Source of the DNA: Octopus vulgaris
Lineage: Eukaryota
Direction: 5' to 3'
Length of the DNA stretch: 64,000 nucleotides
Assembly (NCBI GenBank): GCA_951406725.2
Contig: OX597816.1
Location: 80,662,001 to 80,726,000 of the forward strand
The translations under genes were made by a program, and so were the position numbers. The notes under the pieces were generated by a model. It had not been told where the DNA came from and ran no database searches. It was given only the letters and a program-made list of their open reading frames with translations. Shown one piece after another: positions 42,347 through 54,537 of this stretch. How positions within the stretch are numbered: the stretch's first letter is position 1; each line of letters starts with the position of its first letter.

Positions 42347-42551
42347 TCCGACTAAATGGCACATGGATATAGTTAAGCCAATTGCAAGTGGTTTGCTGCC
42401 GAGTTCCTTGCGATTTGGGTCAATTGTGGCAAAGATTGTGAAGATGAGGATAAAAGTCAAGATCAGTTCGATACCACATGCTTGTCCTTTTGTGAGATGG
42501 CGGTGAACTTGAGTCACACCCAAGTCTTGTCGGCACGTCTCTGGTACAATC
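42347..42551 (-). CDS. Internal coding exon of a classical aquaporin (MIP family, AQP1/AQP4-like): loop C, TM4, loop D, TM5
   Basis: Translates as (x)IVPETCRQDLGVTQVHRHLTKGQACGIELILTFILIFTIFATIDPNRKELGSKPLAIGLTISMCHLVG, matching the MIP motifs LG.T, G..E...TF.L.F..FA..D..R and PLAIG......HL. Acceptor ...ATATTGCAG at 42552-42560 with a pyrimidine tract further upstream (phase 2). Donor GTAAGT at 42341-42346 (phase 0), just before the expected YTGxSxNPARS segment. Confidence 0.93.
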
Positions 42552-43578
42552 CTGCAATATAGAGTAGAGAAAGTAAGAACAGTAACTAGATGAGAAAGAA
42601 AAAAATTTACTAAAAATGAAAAGTATAACATAATATAAAGAATTTATAGAAAAATGAATTCGAAGAAATGATGTAGGTTTTACTATTAATGCAGATTAGA
42701 TGTTGTCAATAAGAATATTGTAAAATATACAATTTTTTTCTGTGTTTAAATGAATGAAAACTGAAGCCGGAGAGACGACGAATGTAAATAAGTCTGTACA
42801 TACAATTTTTTTGGGAAAAAGAAATACGAAAGAAACTCAGATATGCTTTGTCCTCGACCATATTGCACACAAATGCACAAATAGTTGAGCTTTAAGCAAG
42901 CTGGATAGACTTGTTTGCATATATTACAATTTGATAACAGCAAATAAATAAATAAATAAATAAATAAAAATTATGAAATAAAATAAATGAATTAATAAAC
43001 ATAAAATTATTAATGAAATGTTGCGGGGAGGGATTGAAGATCTGTTTATTAGCGATCATCCACTAGAAAATTTTTCCATTGCTTCCACGAGGAACTTAAT
43101 ATTGCATATCTAAGGAAATAAATGACGACTGATTTCGCACAGAAACTGTGGCTTGATTGACAAACAAAAATTTTAAAGAGTTGTACATTCTAGTCAAGGC
43201 GGAAATTTAAATAAAAATTAATATAAATGTATGAAATATATAACATATGCAGTGTTGATGTCACCATAAACTGATGTTGGTACACCACCATAAATATCAC
43301 CATTCAAACACTGGCAAAATAGCACATTCTGAGGTAGCCATTCAACGATGTAGACCATACGACGAGGGAATTATGCCGGTACAGATCCAAATTTTTAAAC
43401 ACTATCTGCTATTACTATCTACTACTTACTTCAGTGGTTAAATAAGGCTCCTTCTATGAAACTTTCGATTATGGGTTCGTAATGCTGGCTAGCATACATA
43501 TCCGACCCTACTGAAACATATACATATACACATCTGTCTATCTATCCATCTATCTCGTAGTATGTCTATATATATATA

Positions 43579-43793
43579 TATTGATAAAAATGGTAAGACA
43601 ACAAAAGAATGAAAGAGACCTCGATATTATGTAAATAGAGGAATTTATCTGTAAATGTAATATGGGACAATTATTAGTTATTATCCGGCCATCAGATAAC
43701 TGAAGAGATGGCGGCGTGGTTTTTCCACCTCGGCATCCGAAACTCGGAGTTTTATCATAGCTACCGAATAATTGTCACATATTACATTTACAG

Positions 43794-43795
<2 letters not shown>
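43579..43795. mobile_element. Non-coding fold-back element carrying a hammerhead (Penelope-like pLTR/retrozyme-like), copy A
   Basis: Inverted arms 43647-43675 and 43767-43795 (28/29 complementary) flank the hammerhead. 43579-43675 is the reverse complement of the 3' tail of copy B. Bounded by (AT)n on both sides. Confidence 0.7.
43695..43756 (+). ncRNA. Type I hammerhead ribozyme motif
   Basis: Stem I GATAA(43695-99)/TTATC(43752-56); core CTGAAGA (43700-06); stem II GATGgCGG..GTGG-TTTTT-CCAC..TCGgCATC with one extra C; GAAA (43739-42); stem III A-CTC-G-GAG-T; GUU cleavage triplet, predicted cut after 43751. Confidence 0.8.
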
Positions 43796-43838
<43 letters not shown>

Positions 43839-44298
43839 CATATCTGTGTATAGATAGATAGATAGATAGATAGATGTGTGTTTCCGTAGAGACGTGGGTA
43901 TGTATGCATACATGTGCTATTTCACCAATATATGCATACTCACACAAATACACACGCACATGTATATCAAACATTTATTTAGATTTTACGATATGCATTT
44001 TATCATAAAAGAAATCCTGGATTTCAGTTGACGTGTGTGCATGTGCATGAATATGTGTGCATAAGCACGCGAGTGCATACCTCCTAACGTAGGCATGCGC
44101 GCACGTGTGCGTGGGTAATTTTATTTCAGAGTATCGACCATCTCTTCCGCAATTATTAAGGAAATAAAGATCTGACGTCATCATTTTCAGCTCATTTAAT
44201 GTCGCTTGTTTCCTTTCAAGAACTGATCCAAACAACGCAGCATATAAATAAAAAGCCTATGTTTTATTTTCCGTTACTTAATTTTATTTCTAATACAT

Positions 44299-44362
<64 letters not shown>

Positions 44363-44433
44363 ACATATATATATACGTACATATATATACATATATATAT
44401 GTATATATATACATATATATATACATATACATG

Positions 44434-44479
<46 letters not shown>

Positions 44480-44547
44480 TGTATATATATATACTCACTA
44501 AATACCGAATGACAGTTTTTTTCCTTAACTACATCTACAATTATTAC

Positions 44548-44582
<35 letters not shown>

Positions 44583-45304
44583 TCGTTGTTGTTGTTGTGG
44601 TGGTTCTTGTTGATGTCGATGCCATTGATCTTATTCTTGTTATTTTGTATTATGATCCTTCGCTTCGCATTATTTTTTCCCTGTTATTCTGAATACCGAT
44701 GTTTGGAATTTCTTGCAAATAATCTCGTTTGCGCTATTTTATTAAGCTTTCTTTGCTGTCTTTATTACATTTCCCTTTTGTTTTTTTGATTTTTGTTTGA
44801 GTTGAGAAGATGTTGTTGGGGCGCGGGTTGACGGTGAGGCAAGTTATGGCATTGTTAATAATATAGTATTTTGTGACTGTCGTTATTTTCTTTGATATTC
44901 TTCGGTGCTTATGTCGCTGGATTTGTTCCTCTTTTAATTGCTGTTATTACTGCCACGTGAATAGATGTAAGCATCACATACACGTGCGCACGAATACGCA
45001 TATTGTATGAAAATCTAATTACACATTTATATATATATATATTTATGTACATATATGTATGTAATATAAATGCCTGTGTATATGCGTATGTGTGTGTAAG
45101 AGTATGTATGTTTGCGTAGGTAAATTTGTGTGTGTACGCGTTTAGGAGCTTGTGTTAGTGTTCGCGTGAGTTAATCAGTTTGCTTCAGCCACGCGACTGA
45201 GGATATACTAGTATATTGGCTTTCTATATACTCGTATATGCATGTATGTTTAGTTGCATGCGTTTGAGCATGCATCTATATCTTGCGTGAGTGTGTGTGT
45301 GTGT

Positions 45305-45340
<36 letters not shown>

Positions 45341-45582
45341 ATCTGAAAATATAATATGCTACAATTATTCGGTAGCCATGATAAAACTCCGAGTTTCGGA
45401 TGTCGGAGCGGAAACCCACGCCGACATTTTTTCCATGGCCCGATAACTGAAGAGATGTCTTCCGAAACTCGGAGTTTTATCATGGTTACTGAATAATTGT
45501 CACATATTATATTTACAGATAAACTCGTCTATTTATATAATATCGAGGTCTCCTTCATTCTTTTGCTGTCTTGCCATTTCTA

Positions 45583-45587
<5 letters not shown>
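45341..45587. mobile_element. Non-coding fold-back element carrying hammerheads (same family), copy B
   Basis: 60-nt inverted arms 45341-45400 and 45461-45520 (55/60 complementary by my count). Plus-strand hammerhead and a degenerate minus-strand copy. Lies between (GT)n and (AT)n. Confidence 0.72.
45442..45481 (+). ncRNA. Type I hammerhead ribozyme motif with shortened stem II
   Basis: GATAA-CTGAAGA-GATGTCTTCC-GAAA-CTCGGAG-TT-TTATC: stem I, core and stem III identical to the 43695 copy, with stem II internally deleted. Confidence 0.65.
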
Positions 45588-45675
<88 letters not shown>

Positions 45676-45686
45676 ATACGTTTATC

Positions 45687-45881
45687 TTTTACTTAATAGA
45701 GTCATTTCACTGCGGCCATGCTACGGCACTGCCTTCAATCGATCCATGGACTTATTCTTTGTAAGCCTAGTACTTATTCTACCGTCCTCTGTGCTGAACC
45801 GCTAAGCTACGGGGATATAAACACACCGGCACCGGTTGTCAAGCGATTGCAGGAGAATAAACACAGATACAAATATATACA

Positions 45882-45971
<90 letters not shown>

Positions 45972-46146
45972 TGTGTGTATACGACGGGCTTCTATCAGTT
46001 TCCCTTTAACAAATCCACTCATAAAGCTTTGGCCGACTCAAGGCTATAAGTAGAAGGCACTTCCGCAGGATATCACACAGTGGGACTGAAGTTGTAACCA
46101 GGTGGTTGCGAAGCAAACATCTAACCACGCAGTTACGCCTACACCT
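45687..46146 (-). mobile_element. tRNA-derived SINE family 3 with an internal (AT)n(GT)n microsatellite
   Basis: tRNA-like head at 46146-46075, homologous to 39565-39713. 3' half homologous to 63743-63945. The two halves are joined by a microsatellite at 45870-45980. Confidence 0.8.
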
Positions 46147-46859
46147 ACAAATAGATTATATATATTTTAGTAAATGTATATTTTAGTAAATGTATTTTGA
46201 CTGAAAATATTATTGACTTGAAAATAATATTGACTTAATTACTCACTGCCTCAATTTTAACAACAATACACTTAAATATATTTAGAAACGGCTGGTAGAT
46301 ATGTAGAAGGCAGGTATGTAGGAGTTGGGTAGTTATGTAGGCAGGTAGGTAGGTAGGTAGGTAGGAATATAGGATGGTACTTGTTGACAATTGATATAGT
46401 GAAAGTTCTATCTTTACTCTCCTTCCCTATCGCCTGGTTACTTCTACAATCATTTTTATTCTAATCATACTTCTATATAAGGAAATATCAAAGCCTCTAT
46501 CTTTGTTATTTTTACACATAAAATATTTGCATAATAGATCTCGTACTTAAATAAACCGCGCTGTTGTTGACGGGTATTTTGATGCGTGTGTATGTATTAT
46601 TTTGTTGTTTGTGTGACATGAAAAGAAATACACGATGAAGACTTTGGTACTGTGGCAGAGTTGTGTCTGCGTATCTTTACTTGCAAGCTGAATCGAGTGT
46701 GTTCCAATTAGTATATATCATTGTTTATGGTGTTCTGATTGTCGTATGCATTAGCAGTATGTGTAAGGATGTACGAGGGAGGATGCTTGCAGAAACTTGT
46801 TTCTTTAGTAACCAAGTATTGGTTTACAGACATTCTTATCTTATTCTCCTATCCCTCCC

Positions 46860-47289
46860 TACAAACCAACTGCTATCATCACCATCATTATCATTATCAA
46901 CACCATTACCTATATTACTATCACCAACTTACCTTTCTATAACCAACACGGACATTGTCATAATTATATCTACACTCACTACCGCCGCCTGCCATTATCA
47001 GCATCACTTACAATGGTATTACAATCGCCGTTATATCCACCATTGTCAATATAACACTACCATCAACAGAGCGTCAACATCTGTCATCATCAACAACATC
47101 ATCATCGCCGCGGAAACCACCACCATTACCAACAGCAGTAGCACCACTACAGCCATCACTACCACCACCACAACCATCATCATCATCATCATCGTCACCA
47201 CAACCATCATCATCATTATCATCAACACCTCTATCAACACCACCACCGCCATCGTCATCCTCACATCTCCACCACCATCAGCATCATCA

Positions 47290-47322
<33 letters not shown>

Positions 47323-48990
47323 ACAGATTAATTATCTCGACCAACATGACCATGAATAAAATGAAAACCACAATCTGAACATTACAATGAGTGACTCCTT
47401 CGTCAGTAACATCACTGTCACCCTCGTAATTAAATCAACGTCATATAGCCACCAGTATAAACATCATCATTGCAGACAACATCAACATCACAACCACCAC
47501 CGCCAACACCAACAAGCAACAACAACAACACAGTATAGATACCATTGCGCACGAAAAATATGTATAAAAGAACACTGCAAGCGACACTGATTAGACGCCA
47601 ACAACTTATGACAAGCCACAACCACTACTACGACCATTACATCACCAACACCAAATCACCACCACCACCACCACCACACCACCACCACTACCACTACCAA
47701 CAACAGAACCAACACCATGACTACTATCATTCCGGAAAACACTACAAGTATCATCATTTTCTTTTGCTACTACCACTACCACTGTCCCAATCAACATTAC
47801 CATCAATACCATGGCTGCCACCTCCATAAAAACAATTAGTGTAAATACGTCCACTACTACAACCACTACTACTGCTGTTCCAAGCAATGTCAACACCACC
47901 ACTATGAGAACTATCACGACAGCCACCATTCCTACTGTCGCCAGAACAATAATCTCTAGAGGAACCATCAGCAACATGGCTACAATCACCATCTTCATTA
48001 TTACACCAATGCACGCTAACACTACCACCACTAGAACCAATACCAACACTGACGCCACCGCAACCACTACAACCGAAACTATTACAATACACGAAAACTG
48101 CTAGTACTACAACCAAAACACAACCGCTACAACGCAAACCACCAACACCACCACTACCACCATAGCCAAAGCAACTACCACTGAAACTAAAATTACTATT
48201 ACATCCAAAGCCACAACCACTACCACTAGCACAACCAAACCACATCTACCACGACTACAGCCATAACTACCACCCAACCAGTACAACCACTACAGCCAAA
48301 ACTACCACTACAATAAAAGCCACAACCGCCACCGCTAGCACAACCCAAAACTACAACCATCACCGCACAACCATAACTACCACTACAGCCCAAACTACCA
48401 GCACTATAACAAAAAGTACTACTACAACTAAAGCCACAACCACCACCACTAACACTAATCAAAGCACAACCACCACTACTATAACCAAAACCACAACTAC
48501 AGTCAAAACTATCACCACTAGAACCAAAACTACAACTATAGTCAAAGCCATTAACCACCACCACAACCACCACAATTACAACCAAAACCATTACCACCAC
48601 TACATCTAAAACTAGCATCATTACAACAAAAACTACCACTATAACCAAAGCTGCAACCACCACCACTAGCACAACACAAAGCACAACCACTATCACTACA
48701 AGTGAAACCACCAGCACTAGAACCAAAACTAACATTTATTAGAACCATTATGACCATATGAACAACCAGCAACACAAAAATTCCACAGTCAGCGTCAGCA
48801 CCATCGAGAAAATCACGAAAACCAATACAACAATCTCTATAAGAAACATTATGTTACCACAACTAACATCAACATTACACGAAAATAACGTAGAATCACC
48901 ACACCACTATAAACACCAGACAACGCTGTCAGCATCCCAACCATTTATACAACTAACGCCATTAACACTACGACCATAATAACCAATAAC
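46860..48990 (+). repeat. ~2.1-kb degenerate CAC/CAT/ACT/CAA low-complexity array
   Basis: Strong C/A strand skew; recurring ~18-nt unit like ACCACTACAACCAAAACT at 48050-48730; all frames interrupted by stops. Confidence 0.85.
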
Positions 48991-49327
48991 AGGATCACTG
49001 TTGCCGACGTCACCAGCACTGTACGAATATGGGCTGTACCAGAAATGAATTACAATGAAAAAGATAGAGGAAAACTAGGAAATTACACTTGGAAAAAAAA
49101 ATGGAGGGAAGTAAACAAATAGAATAAGAAAAAAAGGTACCTCTCTCACCACATCCCAATATTACCTACTAGAAAAATAAACAACAAGCTGATACAACCA
49201 TAGTTATCATTGCCAAATATCATATCTATTCATTACGGCACGTTATTACCATCTACGGGGTTCTAATGGGGCTGAGGAGTGTTATAACAGTGATTGATAT
49301 ACGTACATACAGAAACGCACGCACGCG

Positions 49328-49365
<38 letters not shown>

Positions 49366-49636
49366 TACATGTACATGTGTATATGCTTCTACGTGTCCTT
49401 ACACAGTTATATACATATATTCATGCACACGTATATATAATACACGTATTATAAGAACACATACAACATATGTAGGCATAATATATTTGCATGAATGGAC
49501 GTATACACACACACACACACTCACATATATATATATATATATGTTTATACATACGTATGTATATACTTATATCTATAATTATAGTTATGCCTACATATGT
49601 ATATACGTATATATGTATGTATGAACATATGTATAA

Positions 49637-49686
<50 letters not shown>

Positions 49687-49747
49687 GCATGTATATATGC
49701 ATGTATGCATACATATGTATATATATATGTATGTATATATATGTATA

Positions 49748-49798
<51 letters not shown>

Positions 49799-49840
49799 GC
49801 ATTTGTGTACACGTTTTTATATGTATATAACATATGAATA

Positions 49841-49878
<38 letters not shown>

Positions 49879-50424
49879 GCATTTGTGTACACGTTTGTAT
49901 ATGTATATAACATATGAATAATGTATATATATACAAGTCGTATGTATGTATGTACGTACGGGCTTTTGTATTTACACCTCATTGTATAAAAATGCATTCA
50001 TGAGGGAAGATGACAATAATTCTCTGCTGCCAATATGCTTGCATGAAATGCTGTTTGATTTTTTTCCCCCGGATAATGGTAATAGGTAGTGGTGCTGGTG
50101 GTGGTGCTGGTGGTGGAGAACAAGAGGATACAGTAGGAGTCATAATAGTAGCTGCTATTATGGTGAGGAGGTGTGGCGTTGCATTTAATTTTTATAGTTT
50201 GCTTTTCTTTTATATTTTTTTCCTGCAATTTTCCGGTTATTTTACTCAGCTTTGGTTTTTGATTTCACATATCGTATATTTCTACTTTCTCTTATAATCC
50301 TTCCGTCTTTATGCCATGAAATAGCAGGATTCAATCGTTATATTATTATATGTTTATCTATCACAATTATGAAAGTTAAAAGTATATATATATGTATGTC
50401 TGCTCATGTATGTACATGTGTGCG

Positions 50425-50455
<31 letters not shown>

Positions 50456-50484
50456 GTGTGTGTATATACATATATACATGTGTA

Positions 50485-50545
<61 letters not shown>

Positions 50546-50615
50546 TATACAGAGAAGTCTTCAAGCAATGAATTCTGAAACCATTGAAATAGTTAAGAGC
50601 GCTTTTACACTCTTC

Positions 50616-50688
<73 letters not shown>

Positions 50689-51859
50689 TCTCTCTCACTC
50701 TCGTTCCCTGTCCGTCTCATATATGTGTGTATGTTTATGTGTGAGCGCACAGACATATGTATGCAAATAACTGGGCAGGTGTGTGAATGTGCATGTGTGA
50801 GTCTATGCGTGTGTATAAGTGAGTTGTGTGTGTGTGTGTGTGTGCGCGTGTGTGTGCGTGTGAATGTAAAGAAATTAAGTCTTATGCAAAAATAGAAAAA
50901 TAAAAACCATGTAGTGAAGAAAAACGGTGGAAAAAAGGTGAAAAAATCTACAAGAGTATATAGAAGAAAGACAGAGAAAGGGTGTTGGAAACGAGAGTTA
51001 AGAAAGACCCTTGAAACGAAGGCTTATAATAACTGATCGATAACTAATAATAAGAATAAAACCATATAAATATATAAAATTGTGAGTGAGTGTTTGGTGA
51101 ATTATGATCGATAATTCGCATATCGCTCAAGTAATAATTGAATAAACTTGTGCTTTGTTGATTTCGATCAGGCATAGTTTTTGGCGTCCATAGAATCTAT
51201 TGATGGCAGTTGACGTCGAATGAGTCGGCCGGTGACTTGTCGGGTGGATGGCTCCACGGATGGTTGGTTGGTATGTTGGTCGGTTAGTTGTTTAGATGGT
51301 TAGCTGGGTGCGCGATGTGTATGTTCGTATGTGTGTATATGTACATACATATATATATATATATCCTTCTCTCTCTCACACTTTCTCTCTCTCTCCTTCT
51401 CTCTCACGAAACTTCAAATCCTGCCGACGTGAAACATGCCGACATTTCTAAATTATATTAGAAGCCGTTTTATTAACTTCAATAGGAACTTTTAACAGTG
51501 TGGAGTTTATTTATTTTTATATTTATATTTATCGATTTATTTACTTATTTAGAGTGAAAATAAAAACAATAATATGTGGCGTGGTAGGTGTTCGCAATGG
51601 ATGGGAGAGGGACTGCAGTAATGTACACGAAAACAAAATAACAAGGACAACGAAAGAAAACTTTTTTTATAAATATACATCAGAAATTAACATGGTCGAA
51701 ACTGGCGGCGGCAGGTCCGAAGCATGCAGTAGAAGTAACAGAGTGAGAGTGAGAGACAGATAGCGGGGAAGAAGGCTGAAACAAACAGCGAACAATAATA
51801 ATGACAATTTCCCCACCACCACCACCACCACTGAGAGAGTAATAGTCTTTTCCATCGAA

Positions 51860-52219
51860 CCATGTACTTAACTGGGACCTAAATTTATCGAAAGCGAAAA
51901 GGTAAAACACCTAGGCAGTATTTGAACTCATAAATAAAGAGCCGTAAAAAAATGCTTAGCGTCAACAATTCTGCCATCCAGCGCCCTTAAAAAAAACATT
52001 TCTACTAAAAGCACAAGGCCTAAAATTTGTGGGGAGGAGTTTAGTCGATTACATCGACCCGACAATCCAATTAATATTTATTTCATCGACTCTGAGAGGA
52101 TGAAAGACAAAGTCAGCCTCGGCGGAATTTGAACTCAGAACATAAAGACAGACGAAGCGCCGCTAAGTATTTTGGTATTTTGCCCGGCGTCCTAACAATT
52201 CTGCCAGTTCATCGCCTTT

Positions 52220-52260
<41 letters not shown>

Positions 52261-52470
52261 CATTGTTGATTCTGATTTAGACACAAGGCGAGCAATCTTG
52301 ACAGAAGGGGAGAAGTGGATACCAACAGATGTACTACTATATTATTTCTTCATTTCATCCAACCAGAAAAGGTGACGGGCAAAGTTAACTTCGGTTAGAT
52401 TTGAACGCGTAACGTATAGAGTTGGAACAAATACACAAAGCGCTCTTTTCCCGACTTTCTAACGATTTTG
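51860..52470 (-). mobile_element. SINE family 1 tandem cluster (one good copy at 51999-52216, degenerate copies on both sides)
   Basis: GGATGAAAGACAAAGTCAGCCTCGGCGGAATTTGAACTCAGAAC is the reverse complement of the family 1 core. Confidence 0.8.
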
Positions 52471-54114
52471 CAAAAAGAAGAAACGTAGGTGGCTAAAAGA
52501 AAAATTGTAGAAGAAAAAAATTAGAAAATTAAAAAGAAAAGCGATCAACAATGGTGACCATGATGAGTATAGTGATGGAGAAGAAAATTAGCTAGGACAA
52601 GAAACGGGAGAAAAAGACACTTCTGAAGCAGAACGAGTGATGGTGAATGGGGGAAAATGTAAGAGGAAAATCTAGATGGTTATAATAGTGATGATATTGG
52701 CAAAGATGCTGACGATAATAGGGACGACAACAACAACGATGATGATGATGAGGATGATGGCGACAACAACGAAAAGAGAAAATGTGCCGAGGTAGAAACA
52801 GAAAAGAAGAATAAGAAACATGGGTTGGCAAGAGAGGATTGCTTAAAACCCTGGAATTTAATAAAGAAGGCAGGATGCAGCAAGAATGAATATGGCTAAC
52901 ACAAGAACACGATGTTGGTTCTGGGTTGTTTTGTTTTTGGCTTTTTTTTTGCGATGGTAGTAGTAGCAATGGTAGTGGGAGAGGGTGCTGATGTTGGTTC
53001 TAGAAGAAGTTTGATGATGATGAATATGAATACAGAAGAATAAGAAATGAAGAAAAAGAGAAAGAAGAAAGAAGAAAAGAGGTAAGAGGGTGAATAACTA
53101 GAAGCTGGTGGATGAAATCAAAGAAAGGTAGTGACAATAACTTCTCCTGGTTCCGTCAATAATAACAGCAACCGAAAAGGGATACTTCTTGATCACTATA
53201 ATTTCCATCTGTATTTTCATACAATATGCTTTTGTGACTATTTTATATATTTATTTTATTTAGTTATCTATTTTTTGTTCCTGTTGCATCATTGACAATG
53301 CTGGTCTGATACTTTCCTAGTAGTTAGATATTTATTTCTTCATTTTCATATAGCTTTTTAGATTGTTTGCAGCATCGCAACCATTTGCATGGGTCAGTAA
53401 ACATTCTTTTATGCCCAGCCATAATCAATGACTTCGTACCCCTCGCTACACCACATTTCCTCTCAAAATATATCTCTAAGGCATATTGGCAATAATCGCT
53501 CTCTGCTGTATCGTTTCGTCGCTAACGCGAAAATTGCTCTTGCTTTAATATCTAAAAATTATTATTTTTATAGTTTTCTTCATTTACTTCTGATCTCAAG
53601 GAAACGACAGACACATCAACCAAGCTAAAATTAGCAGCCATATTAACAAAATATCGTTATACTGTACTATACATATTATTTTCATCATAATTTGATTTAT
53701 CTCGTCCAGAAATCTTTCATGACAGACAATAGCATTATATTGGAACGGGTAGATTCATGAATGAATGAATGAATGAATGAATGAGCGGATGGGTGGATGG
53801 TTTGGTGGTTGCGTGTGTAGATGAGTTGATAGATTGGAAGCATGGATGGTTGGATACTCCTTTTTATTTATTTATTGGCTGCTCCCCTCATTTACTATAA
53901 ACATATTTATCCGTATCCGATCGTCGATGAATAGATGCAATATATTCATGACCTAAGGACAGACAATCTATATTGTACAACAGATTTCGCCATGTTAATC
54001 TCAAGTCCGACCTATATATCTCTCGTCCAATCAAACAAATACACTTGGTAATAATTAGTGCAACGGTCTGTGAGGAACATGGCTGCGTTGGTGACGATTA
54101 TATGTGTACGAAAA

Positions 54115-54243
54115 TCGTGGCATTCCGTCGGTTACGACGAGGGGAGTTCCAGTTGATCCGATGAACGGAACAGCCTACTCATGAAATTAACGTGCAAGCG
54201 GCTGAGCACTCCACAGACACGTGTACCCTTAACGTAGTCCACG

Positions 54244-54247
<4 letters not shown>
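54115..54247 (-). mobile_element. SINE family 2, 3' fragment
   Basis: TCGTGGCA.TCCGTCGGTTACG...GAAATTAACGTGCAAG.GGCTGAG.ACTCCACAGACACGTGTA, nearly identical to 30171-30300. Confidence 0.85.
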
Positions 54248-54295
<48 letters not shown>

Positions 54296-54537
54296 AAAAA
54301 ATCAAGGTAGAAAATGCTAAAATAATTTAAGAAAAAACATTTAAGTACCCGTTTCGGTCATTGAGACCTTTTTCAACTGTAAGTATGGAAAATAAATTTT
54401 GGAGAAATTAAAAGAAAAGTTTTTAAAAAGAATATTTGCATAGTATTCAAATACAAGGGACATTTTCGCTGTTTCTGCCTGTCTCTGTCTCTCTTATTTA
54501 CTCTTGTGGGTTCGAGGTCGTTGTAAATTCTTGTCAG

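Noticed and set aside
46663-48979. Mucin-like or hydrophobic ORFs
   Set aside because: Low-complexity repeat open in several frames on both strands, with stops and no domain or splice evidence.
50310-50340. Minus-strand RLNPAIS resembling the first NPA box
   Set aside because: In-frame stop immediately upstream; no flanking MIP similarity.
50557-50600. TCTT..AATG..CATT-GAAA-TAGTT-AAGA hammerhead-like shape
   Set aside because: CUGANGA core absent; too degenerate to support.
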